Part shown: positions 60,366 to 64,000 of the stretch, piece by piece
Position numbering within the stretch: position 1 is the stretch's first letter
Layout: each line of letters starts with the position of its first letter
Source of the DNA: Klebsormidium nitens
Taxonomy: Eukaryota > Plantae > Klebsormidiophyceae
Reading direction: 5' to 3'
Assembly: GCA_000708835.1 (NCBI GenBank)
Contig: DF237086.1
Coordinates: 111,079 to 175,078 of the forward strand
Length of the DNA stretch: 64,000 nt
Program-made: the position numbers and the translations under genes
The notes under the pieces: model-generated
What the model saw: the letters and a program-made list of their open reading frames with translations, nothing else
Databases searched by the model: none
Told to the model about the DNA's origin: nothing

Positions 60366-62634
60366 GTGAAATCTGCAGATGATAACTCAAACAACGTCAA
60401 CCGAGAGCCATGCGTAATGCCTGGGTGCAAGCAAGAGGCGCCACCTGTGCATGGTTGCAAACAGGAGGAGTGCGGCGGGGCTGTCCACAACCTTTGCTGT
60501 CAACTCTGGATGGGGCGTGCCTATGTTGAGGGTCAGATCCTGAGCGATAGGCACGCAGGCCCCCAGTCAAGCTTCCACAGGGGGGCTCGCACTCGGTCTG
60601 GAGAGCGAAAGCGAGGAGAACGAGGAGGGGGGGCGGGGGGTGCCCCGGCAAGGAGCAAGTGAGGAGTTGGGTTTGGCGAACGACGGGATCGATCCTTCCG
60701 GTGGATCAGACGGTGCTGGTGCACATCAGATCTCTGCTGGAAATGAGAGAGGCTTCGTAGGTCTGGATGATCCCCTTGCAATGGAAGAACGGCGCCAGCT
60801 TCGTGAGCAGAGAAGCATGGAGCGCGCTGAGCGGAAAAGGAAAAAGAGTCGGAGTCAGTCTGCTTCTGACTCCGAGGAGTCCCTGGAGAAAGGGGACCCA
60901 AAAGAGAAGGTGTAGATAGGGGCAGAGAAACGGAGTGGGAATAAGGATGGCAGTAGGGTGGGAAAGACCAGAGGACAGGCGGAGCAAAAGAAGCCACAGG
61001 CGCAGGCGGCGATCGCGTCGCTTCCCAAGTTCGTCTTCGAGTGGAGACAGCGACTCCGAGTTGGAAAGAAAGGAGCGCAAACGGGCCCGCAGAAAGAGAA
61101 AACACCAGAAGTAGATAAGCTCCGAAAGCTCTGGGGACGAGTACAGCGCGGAGTCAGAGAGCGACTCCTTGTCGGAGGAGGAAAGGCATCGCGCACGAAA
61201 AAAGGAGAGGCGGCACCGCGACAGGGGATCAGAGGGAGAGGGGCGAGGCCGCAGCGGACGGCGGAAGGAGAGGCAACGTGGGGCGTCATCAAAAGGTGGT
61301 GCGAGTGGGCTGGGAGGGGACACGCACGTCACGCGACGCCCATGTAAGTACCAAGATCAGTCTTTGTTCAGTATTTCTGAGATCTGTGGTCAGCAAAGTG
61401 GAGCTGCTATTGTGCTTGGGGTGTTCATTTCTGTATGCTTTCCGGATTTGCATCCAATACCTGCGTAATCAGCTCTGGCTGCATTGTTTTGGTTAGACCC
61501 GTAGAGGGCACTCAAGGTTATTATAGCACAAGAAACCTTGAAGGAAGTACGCGCATTTGCTTACCTTCTGCTTGACCATGACCGGAAAACGGAATCCAAG
61601 CAGGTTGCCAGTGATTACATTGCTTCACAGGATCGGAAGTTGATCAATTGTTTGCACTTACATTTGTGTACCTGCGTTTTGCAGCACCCCAGATCCCCGC
61701 ACCTGTCCGGGAGGGCGCAGTTGCATCCCGTGGTGCGGAAACAGGCTCCAGCAGTCAGCTGCCCCAAACAGCCGCACAACCAGCAGAGCCCCCAAAGGAG
61801 CGTCATCTGGACAGGGTATTGTGGCAGCGGGCGCTGCGGGACTTCCATGGGGGGGCTGCAGGAAAATACAAGGAGGCCTTGGGGCAGCCCCACTACAGCA
61901 ACGTGAGAAACATGTTGCTGCGAGAGAGCCGGAAGGGGTGCAGAAACCGAAGTATGGGCCCCGTCGCTGTCTCTACAACTCTTGACAAGAGGACACTGAT
62001 CTGGGGGCCGGAGAGTGGGGACGCTGTGGAGCACCGAACGAACTTGGATCTGGCGCGGCAAGGGAGGCGCGTGGTAGTGGCTGCCTGCTTCCCTTGGATC
62101 GAGTCCCCCAAGCACTGCTGCCAGGTTCCTCCAAATTGCTGAATCTCTCAAGGTTGAGAATCGGTCAGGAGCAGTGGAGGAGGGGGCAAAACATCCGGAC
62201 TTTGAGAGCTAGTCCCCCGATTGGAACGGTCTCAACCCGTGAGACTTCGAGTGCTACGGTCAAGTCGATCCCAAGAAAGCCAGTGTCTGGTTCGAGTGCG
62301 TGTTCTTTGGAAAGAGCAGGTCAAGGGCGAGGAGGGTTACAAGTATGCCGGTCAGGGCCTCAAGGAGCTGGGAAAGCATGCTGGGACGAACCAGCATCAA
62401 GAGGCGGCAGCTTGGCTAGAAGCTGGTAAAAAGCCTGCGGTGCGCTTTCCACTGGTCCGCTCAAAGCCAAGCACGGGGGGTAGGAAACCCCCGACCACAG
62501 ACGAGCAGAGACCAAAGAAGCTGCACGATGCGGGGGAGGAGCTTGGTCAGCTGAAGCTTTCGTTCCTGGTCAAGAAGAGTTCTAGGGATGCGGCGCTTCA
62601 ACAGGCGCCAGGACGTGCGGACACGCCAGCTTAG
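60366..62634 (+). pseudogene. Degenerate spliced gene, possibly transposon-derived: Cys/His cluster, RS/acidic low-complexity block, C-terminal zinc-finger-like motif
   Basis: CVMPGC..HGC..CGGAVHNLCCQ at ~60410-60500. An R/S/E-rich reading frame at 60640-61343 is broken by stops and frameshifts. Intron-like gap 61344-61684. GLKELGKHAGTNQHQEA at ~62355 resembles the L-x2-H-x2-S/T-x2-H-x2-A end of TTF/BED-type fingers. Confidence 0.35.
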
Positions 62635-62872
62635 GGTGCCAGAGCGGGGCGTGTCAGCTGGCGACAGGGGGAACAGGCACGTCGGCGTCGGCAGGGGGGC
62701 CAGGTGCAACAGCTGGGGGGGTGTCAGGCACGCCGGCGGCGGGGGAGACTGGCGTGCCTGCATCAAGATGGCCAGGCGCGCCGGCGGCAGGGCCTGCACT
62801 TCAGATGGCGGGCGTTCCCAGGGGGCCAAGCATGGCTTCCGAGGACCCCCCCGGTGCTAAATGACAATCAAC

Positions 62873-62892
62873 NNNNNNNNNNNNNNNNNNNN
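62873..62892. other. Assembly gap (20 N)
   Basis: Run of 20 N between GC-rich repetitive flanks. Confidence 1.
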
Positions 62893-63394
62893 GGGGCGGG
62901 GGTTGCGGGGGACCTAGGAGGAGCGGCGATTGGGGAACCCAAGCATGGGGTAGGCAGGTCCGTGTGGTTGATGTTTGAAGTTGGGGCCAGGCCAAAAGTG
63001 TTGGGAGATCATGAGGCTCAAATTGTGGCGGGAAGCAGGCGGAAGTTGGGTGTGCAAGGAAGTTTAGATACTTATAGGTGGCGGGAATACCGAGTTGTGC
63101 ATTGCCAAGGGGCGGGCTGGCAGCCAGCGTACCGTCAGTTCCAGGGAGATGCGGTGCACAGTATGGCGGGTGTTCCTCTTGCAGTGCCCCCTATGGCTGC
63201 ACTTGTTCCCCCATCACCAACCTATGCAACATGTATTGTTGCAATGTTTGACGCATACTAGACAGCTCAAGATTCCTTAATGAACATGCCCATATCACAT
63301 GTGAGGCTCAGTCTATTGTCACAGGGAGTGATGCAGTTCGGGTGTCTGTTCTTATGAAGCTGAACAACCCGGTAATACGGCTCGCATGAATGCG

Positions 63395-63960
63395 ATGGCC
63401 AATCAGTTGCAACAGGCCCAGAATACGGCCAACGCGGCGTAGCAGGTTGCTGATGCTGCTAATGGCGGCTGGTGCTGTCAAGGCTGCACTGGCTCCCTCG
63501 AAGTTCGAGAACAAGGAGAGTGGCCCTGATATTCGGCAGTGGTTGCCTATGATTGAGGAGTACCTGCAAGCTACTCCTGGCAATGCAGTATACATGTTCG
63601 GTTGGCTGAACGTCCTACCTGAATGGCCCAGCCAAGGTCTTATTGGATGTCCCAGTGGGAAGTGTGGCAGGCAGCCAATTCTGGAGCGTATCCCGGAAAC
63701 GCACCTAACCCTGGTGGGTACGCTGGGAATGCTAGTCAGTTTTTCCGAGACATTATGATTAGGGGCTATACTGAGTTTACGTACTCCCTGTTCAGGCTTT
63801 TTGGGATATCTGGAACAAGTTGTCCCAGGGGTCCAAGAGTGTCGCGACGATTATAACATTGATTTCGAGCAGACCAAGGTTTACCTGCGAGGTGAGATTA
63901 CGGAGGAGGCCGTCAAGATCGAGAAGTATTGATCTGGTCTTCAGGCCGATCTTAGCCTAG
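63395..63960 (+). mobile_element. Degenerate Ty3/Gypsy-type retrotransposon gag remnant
   Basis: Motifs appear in gag order across frameshifts and stops: PSKFENKESGPDIRQWLPMIEEYL, SYLNGPA / RSYWMSQW, LSQGSKSV-DYNIDFEQ, EEAVKIEKY*SGLQADL. No LTR or PBS recognised in the window. Confidence 0.7.
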
Positions 63961-64000
63961 ATGAAACGTTCTTACCCCTTTGTGAGCATGGGAGAGGCGC

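Overview
Eukaryotic nuclear DNA from an intron-rich green-lineage organism. It has GC-rich exons, spliceosomal introns mostly of a few hundred nt, plastid transit peptides and two 20-N scaffold gaps. The style fits a streptophyte alga such as Klebsormidium (inference). Gene models built by hand: an intronless BTB-like gene, an 11-exon TIC56-like gene, a head-to-head pair of paralogous MYND zinc-finger genes, CWC27/CYP57 cyclophilin (11 exons), plastid RPL6 head-to-head with a second half-length L6 carrying a mitochondrial-looking presequence, CHLH (15 exons, 1408 aa) and GINS subunit PSF2. The right end holds poorly resolved exons, a GNA-triloop hairpin array, a decayed zinc-finger gene and a Ty3/Gypsy gag remnant. 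No rRNA, tRNA or CRISPR array is supported. Three observations stand out. (1) About 20 'splice-junction echoes': direct copies of an exon edge plus its splice site, lying roughly 90-280 nt away inside the neighbouring intron, in three unrelated genes. (2) A candidate plastid-derived uL6 retargeted to mitochondria, next to its putative parent. (3) A ~65-bp-period array of alternating GNA-loop DNA hairpins. All coordinates, alignments and counts were done by eye; no searches were run.
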